Both the position numbers and the translations under genes were made by a program. Below, one piece after another: positions 1-11,530 of a DNA stretch of 64,000 nucleotides. Position 1 is the stretch's first letter, and the number at the start of each line of letters is the position of its first letter. The DNA lies in NCBI RefSeq assembly GCF_001949145.1, contig NW_019091360.1:678137-742136 (forward strand), given 5' to 3'. Source of the DNA: Acanthaster planci. Lineage: Eukaryota. Below the pieces are notes generated by a model. It searched no databases. It had not been told where the DNA came from and saw nothing but the letters and a program-made list of their open reading frames with translations.

Positions 1-91
1 CTCAGTTTCTTCGGTACGCGGCGCGCGTGGATTTGGTTCCACGGTAGTGTCAAAAAACAGCTCAATTGCTCAGGTACCTGCAATGTATGAG

Positions 92-316
92 CAGGGACGG
101 ATCTAGCTTTCCGGAAACTGGTATTTAGTGGGTGTACTGAAGGGATGTCCTGCTAAGGGCGGGAATCGATGTAATAGATGGATAGATGGACGGCGCAATC
201 CTCGTCCAGGATTTTTTTGGGGGGTACCTCTACTCATTTTCCCTCATTTCACTGGAAGTTCCATTTAGTCTGCGGCTGAACGGCGGGGTTGCAAACCCCC
301 GCTAGATCCGCCTCTG
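92..316. mobile_element. Small MITE-like element with ~16-bp imperfect TIRs
   Basis: CAGGGACGGATCTAGC at 92 versus the reverse complement of GCTAGATCCGCCTCTG (301-316), which is CAGAGGCGGATCTAGC. No clear TSD. Confidence 0.5.
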
Positions 317-3300
317 CTGAGGCACAGCAACACAAGGAAATATCTAAGGAAACCACCCGAAATATCAAGCAGATAAGTTGAGCATATTGCGCACCACAAC
401 AGTGAAACTCGGCAAAGTTCTTATTTTTGAACAAGTGTATATAGAGTCAATCAAGTCCAGAGAGATCCCGTCGAAAAACCATTCCACTCGACGCTCATAA
501 AACTTTTGAAAGGCTGGGAATCAGTAAAAATCGCCGGTAGCATATCCTGTCCACGCGGTAGCCATTTTGAAAAAGGCTTATGTAAATTTAAAATTCTTGA
601 CAGACCTAAGGATCTCCCCTTTTACAAGATCTCCCTTTTTACAAAATGGGAGATGTTGCCAAACCCCCCCTTTTTTACACAGAAACGTGTAAAAAGGGGA
701 TTCGCATAAAATATATCCCCCTTTTTACACAATCAAGCAACCAATCAATCAAATACCACCCAACCCCAAAACAAAAAATAAACAAACTCCCCAACAACCC
801 AACACTAAAACACCCCAGCAAATTAACAAACAAAAACCCAATTAGGTAATCCCATACGGCTCCGAGATGGGATGAGAATTTTCTAAAACAAACTTTGTTG
901 ATGTATACCTGCTCTTGTGTATTTGCACATACCATGTTATTTTGTTATTCACCCGTAAAGACAAACGGCCGTTTCTTTGCATTTTATTCCTGAATGATGC
1001 CTTGAAATATGATTTCTAAAATGAGTTGCTTTGGCACTCATTATTCAGCAATCCAATTCATGATGTGCCCTCTAATTCCCGTCTTTCCATCTGCAATTCT
1101 AGGCTGCCAACCTATAAATTTCGGGAATAAAATAAATTAAATACTGTAAATGCTCATTTGAATTATTAGCATCTACTTATAATATCGTGTCAGGCCTTAT
1201 TGTTAAAGCCATTGGAATATCTGTACCTAGTGTTTAGGGAATACATGTGCTTGCGCATACAAACCCATCAGTTGTTAACAACCGATATAGGCCTACACCA
1301 TCGCTCTCTGCTTTGAAAATAAGAACATTTGTTAAATGCGGAGCCAATTAAACTACAAGCTGCATATCACTTTCACAGACCGCCAGCAACTGCTGTGAAC
1401 AAAATTTAAGTTACACGTGTTACTTTTTATACAACCATGACCTGACAGTGCATGTACGCATTGCCACAAGGTTAAAAAACAAATTTGGAAGGTCAACGTG
1501 AAGTCACCTTGGCATAATCGAAACGCCGTCGGGCCTGCCTGATGAAAAGCCCTAAAGTTCAATATCGGACAAGCTAACATAAGTGTAAGTTCCTCCGCTC
1601 GCTTACAGCTAAATCAACACTGACAGGTGCTAGTAGGAGCTCATTGGAAAAAAATTCAGGGACACAGCTCCAGTTAGCAATGGCTACAGTTTCAATTTTG
1701 CGCCGACATGGTGTCCCGCATGTATGCCACTTGGTGTATCGCTTATTTTTAGGACTCCGCGGAGACTTTAGGAACACTACAGTCGGCTGCGACTGAAATC
1801 TAATGCGTGTAGTTAAAATGTAAGGCGACATCAACATCACGAAGCCATTGCAATTATCATTGCACGTTTCGTTTTAATGGAAATAATTATATTTGTTATG
1901 CACCTCTGTCCAGGTGATCAGGGTTGTCAAAAAAGATATTAGACCTAAAATGTGTCTACGAGCTAGGCTTTTTGCCATTCAGTCATCAGTCCTGAAATTT
2001 GTGATTATAGTTAAATTTCATTTACTTCTGAACCAAGCAAACTACTGATCATTTCCAATCAACCCGATTTTGGCTTCTGACCAAAATTGAGAAGGAAGGT
2101 ACATCCTTAGGAAAAAACTTCAAAGTATGAGGAATACACGATGACTACAGACGCGTATAGAACAGAAAGGGAGATCACAAGTAGAAAATACGATTGAGGT
2201 ATGCCCCACGTATGGCTTATATCTATTTATACATCTCAAATTACAGATCGGGATACTAATTGACTGTTTAATAAAAAGGCAGAATTGAAACTCACCCTGG
2301 ACCTTCATCACGGATGCTGAAAGACTCTCCCTTAGATGCACTTAGGCCCCTACGGATTTGTAATTTCTTTATTTTCTATTCTATACAATAAACGCACATT
2401 ATCTCCATTTGTGCTGAAAAGCTCATCCTTTGACGTCATTTTATAGAAATATCTACCTGTGAACGAAACTCTTCCTTCCGTGAAATAATTTTCACATACT
2501 TATTCACACAGAAAAATACGAATATGATGGTTAACGTTGAATAAAAACAATGCACGAATCTCACAAAATGCTTGCTAAATTCAATAAATTGAAAGCCGAC
2601 ACAAATGCCGCTTGAGTGTCCGCACGAATGTGAATGCTCATGTTCTTTCTAATTCCGACCATTCACTCTTTGAATAACAAGATTATGCAATCGCATAGTA
2701 TTAAACTGAATGATCATTTTGCTATTTGAACGGCAATATAGATCATCAAACAATGTCGTGCTGAATTGAATGTTACTGTCACTGATTTGCATGAAAGACG
2801 ACGAATTCGACCGGTAAAACCTATGTGTCCTAGCTTTAAACTGACCATCCCAGCTTCTTAGTTTATCGTGAAGGTATCATTGTATGATATCGTAAGGTTT
2901 TCTTCAGAAATTCAAGCGATCTGGTGAAAAAACAGTATAACATTTCATTCACAGAGAAAAACATATAAAATAGTGCATAAATTGGTTGAAAAGCACGTTT
3001 AGAACGTTTAGAAGACATTACTCGAATTCTTGTCCAATCTCCTTCAAAGCCTGAACATCAGAAAGATAATTTAAACACTGCAAAAACTGTAGTATTAATT
3101 CAACATACTGGGTAGACTACCTCAGAGTGAGTGTAGTCCTCTGATAACACTGAGGTTGTGGAATGAACACCAATTTAACACCAACGTTGTTATTTGTTTC
3201 AGTTAAAGGTTGATATGGCCACATTATAGACATTTACCAACATAAAGCTGGCTGTGCTGTGATATCTATGTCACCATTATTCAAAATATGTGACACAAAC

Positions 3301-4384
3301 TCGGCGCTTGGGCACTTTATCTTTTTTACTTTAACCGAAGTTGACAAAATCTGACTGAGGACATTATTTTGAGATGAAGGAGCACAAAGGCAAGAAACTG
3401 GACGACTCAGATTCTCGTTCAGTTATAACAATTGTTCACGTGTTACAGTTCCCAGCATGACCACCTGATCTTCTCTCGTTCACTAAGCCCTACCCATGTT
3501 CACTTCCCCTCTTCAACACTGTTGACATCAGTGATGCATGTTGTCCATGGCCCGTCTCATCACGACACTGCATCGAGTCGCAATATGCTCATGCATCACG
3601 CACTGGCGCTTGTTCATATGTACTAGATGTTGCGAGTGGAGTGCTGAATATTTTCCCTCCAAAAGACGCCAAGGAAATTAATGGTGCATGACATCCCATA
3701 TCATTTATCGTTTACTTGATGGTGATACTTTTGGGGATGATGAGGGTATAACTTTCCCCTTATTAATTTTAGTGAAGTCAGATTACTCCTTTAAACAACC
3801 TCAACATACACAGCACACCTTATGTTCAAAAGATAAAACGTGCTTTTCCCCATTTAAAAGTGCATGAAGAAATCTCTTGTTAACTAGACAAGTTTTCATC
3901 TTGATATCAAGACTGATTATGCACTGTATGTCCAGTGCTTTACGAAAAATGCTTGCTCCGATGGTTTTGAACCCAAGAAAAGCACAGGTAAAAAAGATAT
4001 ATGCCAACTGTAAATAAGTACTACGGCAATCAAGACAACGTCCATAAAATACTCATTTTTCAACCACCGGGATCATAGTGTGCCGGTAATCGTCACTAGA
4101 GCAATGGACAAAAACGGAAGGTCATAGAAAAGTGATTTCTGTCACTCCTGTAAGACCGGAGTGGCCTAATTCTTTGTTATATTCCACCCTTCCTCCATGA
4201 TTCTATAAACATTTGTTATTTCCGGATGACGCGTCGACAGTAGGCTACGTTTAACAAGTTCTAAACACGGGTTTTGATCCGTTTGTCGTTAAAATTGTAA
4301 TCTCAACACTAGTAAATATGAACCGAAAACAGTAATCCAAAAGCATGCCTAACTACGGAGGAATAAAAACACGCAAACACTCAC

Positions 4385-4453
4385 CAGGTACCGGTAGGTC
4401 AGCCAATTTACTACTGCGAAGCAAATTAAAACAGCCTTCTTGCGTAGAAACAT
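4385..4453 (-). CDS. Possible first coding exon of an unidentified minus-strand gene (signal peptide/anchor-like N-terminus)
   Basis: ATG at 4453 gives MFLRKKAVLICFAVVNWLTYRYL (basic then hydrophobic), ending at a GTGAGT donor (4384). There is a possible 68-nt UTR intron at 4573-4640 (GTGAGT...CAG) and a TATAAAG at ~4935-4941. A possible next exon at 2296-2349 (GLSASKGESFSIRDEGP) fits only if the weaker GTACCT donor is used. No homology recognised. Confidence 0.3.
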
Positions 4454-4934
4454 ATCCAACTGTATGACGGTTGTATTATTACACGGACATGTGGAAAAGT
4501 TCAGCTAAAATGAACTCGTCGTGTTCACAGCACCGGTTTACTTTTCTCACCAATCTCTAAGCTCAGCCTGAGCTGTGTCAAAATACGAATGTACGTTCAA
4601 AATGGAAGTTACCGGAGTGATGACAGAGATCAACACTCACTTAAAACATAATGATGTCCCAGGGATACAGTTTCATATGACTTGGACAGTCAGGACGATT
4701 GCTGTGACGGTTGCCGATGTAAACGCCTGCTGCACTCCCGGGGCGCATTTACAGGCGCTTCCGTGCATAAACGAGACCGGTCGACACTGCTGTTTCAGAG
4801 GGGAAGAGTTTAGAGTCGTAAAAAACCAAAGGCAGCAGTCGTAAAACATCGACCTGCGCTTGTACTGAACGCGTGAACGACTGTTGGCTGACTTCGCTAA
4901 AAGCCCACCACGTTGACCGATCTGCGAGTCAAGG

Positions 4935-4966
4935 CTTTATACAGTTTGGGCCAACAGATGGCGCTG
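4935..4966. promoter_or_regulatory. TATA-like box (minus strand) next to a CTCF-like motif
   Basis: TATAAAG on the minus strand at ~4935-4941. CCAACAGATGGCGCTG at 4951-4966 resembles the CTCF core consensus. The surroundings are CpG-rich. Confidence 0.35.
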
Positions 4967-5789
4967 TGCATTTCTACGGCAGAGCTGCAGTCGTATCGCC
5001 TCGCGCACTGTGCATGTTCTCTCAAATTCACCACAAATGTATTCGTCATATTTATTAAGTGATATTGCTGAAGATGCTAATATATTGGTTCTTATTCATT
5101 CCACAGCATTCAAATTCTATCCAAATTTGAAATTGGATCATTTATTCAAATATTACCTCCTAAGTTGCGTGTTCCGGACACGTGATTAATGGCCAAGGTG
5201 CTTTTCATGAAAATTTACAAAAGGATGTTAAGGCAAAATCCCGGTGCACCAACAATATACATGTATATAGGCTAAAGTTTCTGGCACCAAACTTTGGATT
5301 CAAACAATCTCATAATAATACAATGAAAAACACACTGTACATGGGTACATACATGCTATGAATACAACCAGGGTAAAAATCTAACTTCACTGCCCCCAGT
5401 GAGATTAAAAATTACAATTCAACTCATTATTATGGGTGCCGATTCAACGTTGTTTACATCTAAAACCAAGATTAATCAGCAAATTATAATGGAAACTCAC
5501 TGACAATTATGGAAATGCACCTTCAGTAAAACTGCAAAGAATTCCCCTGCAAATGCGAAAATAAACAATTGGCTTAGGCTGAAGGATCTGTCTGGGTCGG
5601 CTGCCGTCTGGCGCTCAAACATGGCAAATTCTGGAGGGGGGGGCATTGACAAAATGAAGCTGCGGTCAGCACACTCCCCCTGTGATGTGAGACACATCGC
5701 AAACTGCGTTAACAAGAATCCACGACAAAAATGCAAGTATAACTATAAAAATTTGAAAATAAATGTATACATATGTAGTGACCATCTTC

Positions 5790-8090
5790 ATTCGGCCGCA
5801 CTTTAGATTTCATCAAACTTAAAAACTGTATCTCTTCTCTTGAGGGGCTGATTGAGTCTTCACCCAAATCGAAAAGGTCAGAAAACTGGGCGCTGGCTGA
5901 AGTTACCCTTGCAGTGGTCACAGACTTGAATGAGATTTTGGCATGGATCAAAAACGGTGCTTGGGCGTCCAGTGTTGTGAAGAATGTCGGTCTTGTAAAC
6001 TGATATGTACCAGCTTTCTTGTGGAGGCCAACTAAACAAACGTCAGTCGCCAACAATTACCAATCCAAGGTCCAATCGCTGTGCAAATGGAGCATCATCA
6101 GGCTAATTGATCTGCTCTCTAAACCTTTATATGTGCTTGCAGCGCATCTCTCCCAATGAGAAGAAGAATCAATGCGTTGACTGGCTCTATCTCGTTGGCA
6201 ATTCGTTGGAGTTGCGGGTGGTGTTGAGCAACTTCTGGTGATGATATCTCATCGAGCTTGTCTGGAATCATCTGACGAAGGGTAACTTGATACGTGTTGC
6301 GCCATCTATGGACTTGATCCAAAGCTTCATTGTCTCGTTCTGTGACCTCATTTGAGCCAGCGCACATTTCCATGGCGTAAGTCAAGGGTGGAGAGGATAT
6401 TCGAAAAAAGATCAAAGAGTTGGCCCTTTGCTAGGGTCGAGTTGCTTTGTTCGTCAATTACTGCATAAGTTGGAAGTGTTCTTGCCTATCTTCTCTGTAC
6501 ACTTCCACCTTGCATATCTTCGCACAGGATTTTCCGCCAGGGAAGAAGCCACATACATTTGTGCAAGTACACAGACGTGTAGAGCAGTGACATCAATCTT
6601 CACACTTGATTTGCTTTTCGCAGTTTTTGTAGGCATGCAACAGTTATAAAACACCCTTCAACTCTTTCAACAGCTTTTTCTTTCGGAATTCTTTCGGAAG
6701 AGCCGGCATTAATGCAGTGAATGTTTTGAGTTATGCAGAACACCATCTGCAAATTCGCCTCCTGTAAGTTTGGGAGCATTGATGACCTCCATCTTGTGAA
6801 CAGTGACTGGCTTGGTTAACTTCACCATCTTGCTCATGGAATCGGACTCTGATGCTGTACAAGGTAGACCAACACAACAACTCTGGTCGTTTTGCATTTT
6901 TGTTTCTGTGTGGGTAAAACCGTGAAACACTTCGAAGGGTGGAAGTAACCTTGCACTGGAACTCGTGTATTTTTATTCATGCCTCATGTCTCCACTTATC
7001 TTGGAGCCCAGGTAGTAACTTTTAAACTATGCATTTGGCTAATGCTATGGGCTGAATCCAGATTTCTTGAGGCACAAGACCTCGAGGAGCAAGTGGTCAA
7101 GCTGGAGAAGTTTGTCGGAGTTCATTGCTGCGATCTTTTCAAATTCCTGAAGACGTAGCATGACATTTGATTCAGTGGCCTCCGGAGAGCCGTACGTTTC
7201 ATCCAGCAACCCCCAGATTTGTTTCAATGCTTCCACACATTGGTCAATGTACACTGAGTGTAGTGGCTCCAACATTTTTCTAGAGTCATTGCCCAACCAT
7301 TTTATGACCAGATTCAGTTCCTGTGAAGGTGGTATGTTCAGCTCCTTGACTGTGCTCACAATTGATGCCTTCCAGGTTCTGTACATGGATGTGGAATCAT
7401 TGAAGCTTTGAAGGCTCAAGGCCAACAACTCCTTCCTGAAGATGACATTTCGCATCTCAGTCATGGCATTAACTGGTTGCAGCTGAAGGTGGAGGGTAGT
7501 GCTGATGTGATGAGTAAGAGCGGAAAGTTGTGGGCTTGAGTCGGTTGACTGACTGACAGCAGGGAGTGGTGGACTGGAACCAGCAGGTTTACTGACAGTT
7601 GGGAGTTGTGGGCTGGAACCGGTTGGTTGACTGACAGCCGGGTGGTTGTGGACTGGCACTGGCAAGTAGACTGACAGCACACGATTGCAGGCTGGGACCA
7701 GCTTGTTGACTGACAGCAGCCAGTTGTGGGCTGGAACTTGCTGGTTGACTGATAGCAGACAGTTGTGGAGCCGGGTGAGACATGGCTGAAGGGGTTTCGG
7801 TGGTAGGCATTACAGAGGACGGCAAAGTATAATTGATGAATCACTACCAAAGATTACTTGATAACCGTGGGGAAGATGCTTGTATATTTTCTGGGTTTGC
7901 ATCAAATTGTTCAGTTTCTGGTGATTCATAGACCTGTTCTAGCTTCAGCTTCTGCCTCTGCAAGTGCTGTTTCTTGCTCAAAACGACTCCTCTGTTGCTT
8001 CAACTAAGTTCTGCCTGCTCAAGTTGTTCAATCTGAGCCAGTCACTGCAAGCAACCTTCATAGCGGCTTTCTTTGCCGATGCATTTGCCT
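5790..8090 (-). mobile_element. Degraded BEL/Pao LTR retrotransposon (gag DUF1759-like region, zinc-knuckle remnant and protease-region fragments)
   Basis: ORF 7045-7680 (FNDSTSMYRTWKAS...ELNLVIKWLG...IWGLLDETYGSPE) resembles BEL/Pao gag. ORF 6119-6415 (EISSPEVAQHHPQLQRIANEI...ILLLIGRD) resembles the BEL protease-adjacent region. ORF 5709-6056 (SREEIQFLSLM) resembles the pre-RT region. Many frameshifts and stops. Confidence 0.8.
7520..7790 (-). repeat. ~39-bp (13-aa) coding tandem repeat within BEL gag
   Basis: Repeating GTTGACTGACAGC...TGTGGGCTGGAAC units translate as PAVSQPTGSSPQL / PTVSKPAGSSPPL / PAVSQSTDSSPQL / SAISQPASSSPQL, about 7 degenerate copies. Confidence 0.8.
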
Positions 8091-8790
8091 TAGACTAACA
8101 ACCTGTCGTCCTCATGATGGACCCCCAGCAACCCCGGAACTATTGGCCGCCAGCGAAGGTCCATGAAGTGTTGCCTGGTACGGATGGAAAGGTCTGCACA
8201 GTGCGGGTGAAGATCATTGGAGATGGTATCTACGCCCGGCCAGTGGCTCGCCTCATCAAGCTGCCTTCCGAAACATCTATGGGGGCAAGTTTGGGACCAC
8301 CATGTCATCTGAGTCTGATTAGGGCGACTTTACCATTGCAACCTTTTCCCCCCATGATCATTCACGAGGCGGCTTCTCCTGTTACCCTGTTGTTTTCTTG
8401 TATACCTTTATCATCTGTTGTTTAACTTTCCTTATTGACTCTCACCATTCGTGTCACCTGATTGCAACGGCGTATGCACACTGTAAACTGTTTCGCACAG
8501 TTTAGGGGCGGCTATTATGTTGCGACTCTAACGGGTCATAGAGGGGGCTATCCACCCACACCACTAGTTAGAGCTTTTCTAGAGATCAGGCCAGATGAGC
8601 TGTCTGCTCTCCCTATGACACGTCTCTCCGCCGGCCAACTACATGTTTAGACCAGCCATCAGGATGTTGCCACCAGCATACATGTGGTTGTATTGCCAGT
8701 ACTAATAAAGAAAAGGGCAAATCCGTGCTCACTATGAACATGCAAACCGGCAGCCTGACTCCTCTTTGTTAGTCCACGCCCTTTGCCACA
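8090..8790 (+). mobile_element. 3' end of a second BEL/Pao element: integrase C-terminal (DUF5641-like) domain, PPT and 3' LTR
   Basis: LMMDPQQPRNYWPPAKVHEVLPGTDGKVCTVRVK...YARPVARLIKL is the typical BEL pol C-terminus. PPT-like TTTAGGGGCGGC at 8501-8512. The LTR runs TGTTGCGA (8518) ... TTGCCACA (8790) with AATAAA at 8704. Confidence 0.8.
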
Positions 8791-9250
8791 GCTACTGTCT
8801 TCACTCTGACCATGACGGAGACCCGCGGGTTATGAAACTTCTATTGGTGTACCCAGCTATGCTTGTGGAACATGCGAATGTTCTGATCACTGTTTCTGCT
8901 GCGATCGCCATTGCTGTTTATATAAAACGCTCACGTAGTTGTCTCTCTGCTCTTCAATCTTGTCAATGTTGAATTTCAACCAGTCGACAAAACCCCAGTG
9001 CTTTATGAATTTCAGGGTTCCCTAATAAGCCAGTTTGTTATAAATCCTAGATTTCTCCCCCCCCCCAAAAAAAAAACCAGGTCAACAAAGGACATCACAA
9101 AAAACATTTTCCTTATAATTTGATATCTAGTTTGCTGTTCAAATATTTCAATTTGTCAAGGTGTTTTCAGTTTATCTTGCAATGAAATATGCACATATTA
9201 CCCATAAGACCATTTCAGTGTAATACATGTATGAAACCATGGTTAACAAA

Positions 9251-9385
9251 ACAATTGTTGCCTGCTTTGACGGGGTCCATGGGTTTTGTACACGGGGGCA
9301 AATGGCACCCTCGGCCTAGCCTCGAGTGCTATTTGCCCCTTCAGGTGTACAAAACACCAAGGGCCCCTACATCGCAGGCAATTGT
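9251..9385. repeat. ~135-bp imperfect palindrome, Crypton-like non-autonomous element end
   Basis: Arms TTTTGTACAC-GGGGGCAAATGGCAC / GTGCTATTTGCCCCT-GTGTACAAAA surround a CCTCGGCCTAGCCTCG centre. The family assignment is by resemblance only. Confidence 0.45.
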
Positions 9386-10089
9386 CGCACAGTCTATGTC
9401 AAACCCTTCGTACGTAATGCATTGTTCTAACTCCACGAAATGCGTTATTTTTACGCTGAAAAGCAAAATGCACAATTGGAAAATATACTGTTAATTCAAA
9501 GGTGGCGCCTTTTTCGTGCACAGGCCAAGACAACATTTTTATTGTGCGACGAGTTTGCTTGAATTATCGTGACTCGCGCACGCGCACTCATGTGATAAAT
9601 ATGGATTAATGCTTACGCGCACTTAAATATGGGGGAAAGGAAACACTGTTAACCAAAGATGTTAAGCTTGTTGCTAAATTTTTTACTTGATTGGGCCTTC
9701 TTTGGAGTTTTCAGCCTTGGGAATTGAAGAAGTTCTTCTTGTCACTTGCACCGTACCTGGGAGCGTTTAGGCCCATAGAGTAACGTGCACCAGTGACCTC
9801 ATTGCCAGTAATATGTGTATGCTGTGATCCTCAATCTAAATACACCAAATTAATTCATGTGTTGGTCAATCACTGAAGCACTGTCATTGAGAATCAACCA
9901 ATTCCAAACATAATCGTCTTTTGCAAAAATGGGCAACCGTGACGTAGGCCTAAGTTATGTTGTTGAAATTTCGGGGAAGCATTTTTTTTTCCGGAGGGAA
10001 GAAACAGAAGAACGTGGACAGAAGACCTGCTGACACGGGAGCTAGCCCCGGGCTTTTATCACCCGTGTCACACACCCCGGTTTAGCACC

Positions 10090-10504
10090 GTCTGCGCATA
10101 TCTGCTTCGAAACCGAGGCTCTCTGTGTTGAACTTTGTCGCGCACGCCCGCGGAGTCCACACAGTACATGCAGTATCCGGGTCGTAAGTGTGACACCACT
10201 TCAGTTTAAACCACGCCCACTGCACAAGATACACGACCATCACAGCTACTAGTACGCCAGTTCGCGGTATATTGTCGTTATTTTTTCTTTTTATTTTACG
10301 TGTCTAGTCATCCTGAAAGACTCTTCCACAAAAAATTGCAGCCTGAAAAGTCTGAATTTAACATACTTTTATGTATTTGTGTCTTGACTCCTTACTTTCA
10401 ATCATCTGATCGTATTAAGAATTCATGCTGACATATACAGCCTCGTTTTCAAACGCAGAAGTGCGCAGATCGACTCTAAACGCATCGTATTAGGATACCT
10501 CTAT
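10090..10504 (-). repeat. ~400-bp interspersed repeat, copy 1 (inverted relative to the copy at 25225-25610)
   Basis: The reverse complement ATAGAGGTATCCTAATACGATGCG...GATCTGCGCACTTCTGCGTTTGAAAAC matches 25225 onward at high identity. Confidence 0.85.
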
Positions 10505-10505
10505 A

Positions 10506-10720
10506 GGGGAACGGGTTAGCGTATCGGTTCTATCCTGGCTTTGCACCAATGAGGCCCGGGTTCGAGTCCCGGCTTGGCCCAGGCTTTAAGTGCATTTGGT
10601 TTCCAGTCCATACTCGCTCTCACAGGTTTTCTCCGGGTACTCCTGTTTTTTCCTGCCTCTAAAAGTGGACTTTCTTCCTTGCTGAAAGCGCCATTAAAAC
10701 AAAACAACAACAACACAACT
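10506..10720 (+). mobile_element. tRNA-derived SINE with a V-domain-like core and (CAA)n tail
   Basis: A-box-like TAGCGTATCGG, B-box GGTTCGAGTCCC, core GGTTTTCTCCGGGTACTCC, and 3' tail ATTAAAACAAAACAACAACAAC. Confidence 0.8.
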
Positions 10721-10984
10721 CGGTTCAGTGCGTACAATCAACCACTTTTCGAACCTGCACGAGCGAAAGGACCATTTTACTCAAGGAAACTGAAGAAGAT
10801 GGAGGAATAGGATGGAAATATTAGAAACTGTAACGTTCTCAATGAGCAAGGGAATGGTTCCGAGTGCGGAGCATTAACAACGGTTCAATAACCAATATGC
10901 CATCGTTGTTCTGGTGCTCGTCCGGTTCAAAGGATAATTGGGGACCGGGAACCAGTCTACAGATTGCACCTGCGTCATCTTTGG

Positions 10985-11530
10985 TTTGCATTCCCATAAT
11001 CCCGCCAATTTCCGGATTGTGACGCAATGTACGTTCATTTGTAATTGTAACGCGACAGTGCCAGCCCCTGCTAAAGTACTGCTGCTAGTGCTATTCGGCA
11101 AAGAAATCCACCGTCACCAGTGAATCGATATTTATTTCTCATCAGAACTATTTTGTTATTAATAGTATAAAGAAAGGGATCGACATGGATGCTGAAATAA
11201 GTATCGAAAACTTGAGGATGACGTCGGGTAAGACACTTTTACACAGTCATGACAGTATCGTAACGGTAGGTAGGCCTACCCCCAGACACTAGGTCCGACC
11301 ATGGAGGTGTGATTCTACCTCCATGGTCCGACATGTCCGACGTCGGGTCATGCTATTTAGCGTCAACAAGTTATTCAAGCATATTTATGCAAAATGTTTT
11401 TATATCAAATGTTAATTACAAGGATCCTACATATCAATTTCAATATATATCTATCTGAAATGATATTTGAGTGTTGAAACTGAGTGACAAAGTCGGACCT
11501 GTTTGTGCAGTCCGACTGGCCGCCATCTTG
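10985..11530 (+). promoter_or_regulatory. Housekeeping-type promoter region of the eIF1-like gene
   Basis: CpG-rich region with ZNF143/SBS-like TTCCCATAATCCC (~10991), CCAAT (~11006) and an exact YY1-type GCCGCCATCTTG (~11519-11530) in intron 1. Confidence 0.5.
11185..11227 (+). CDS. EIF1: eIF1-like exon 1 (MDAEISIENLRMTS)
   Basis: GACATGG start. SIENL matches the eIF1 N-terminus (yeast MSIENL). G|GTAAGA donor, phase 1. Confidence 0.8.

Noticed and set aside
1518..1552. CGAAACGCCGTC...CTGATGA, which contains both hammerhead core words
   Set aside because: Stems I and II cannot form (GGGCCTGC does not fold, and there is no G-C pair closing stem II), so it is treated as chance.
7520..7790. 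Regularly spaced repeats superficially like a CRISPR array
   Set aside because: There are no unique spacers or cas genes and the context is eukaryotic; it is an in-frame coding minisatellite of BEL gag.
10516..10575. tRNA-like A and B boxes
   Set aside because: There is no complete cloverleaf, and the sequence continues into a SINE core and simple-repeat tail, so it is a SINE head, not a tRNA gene.
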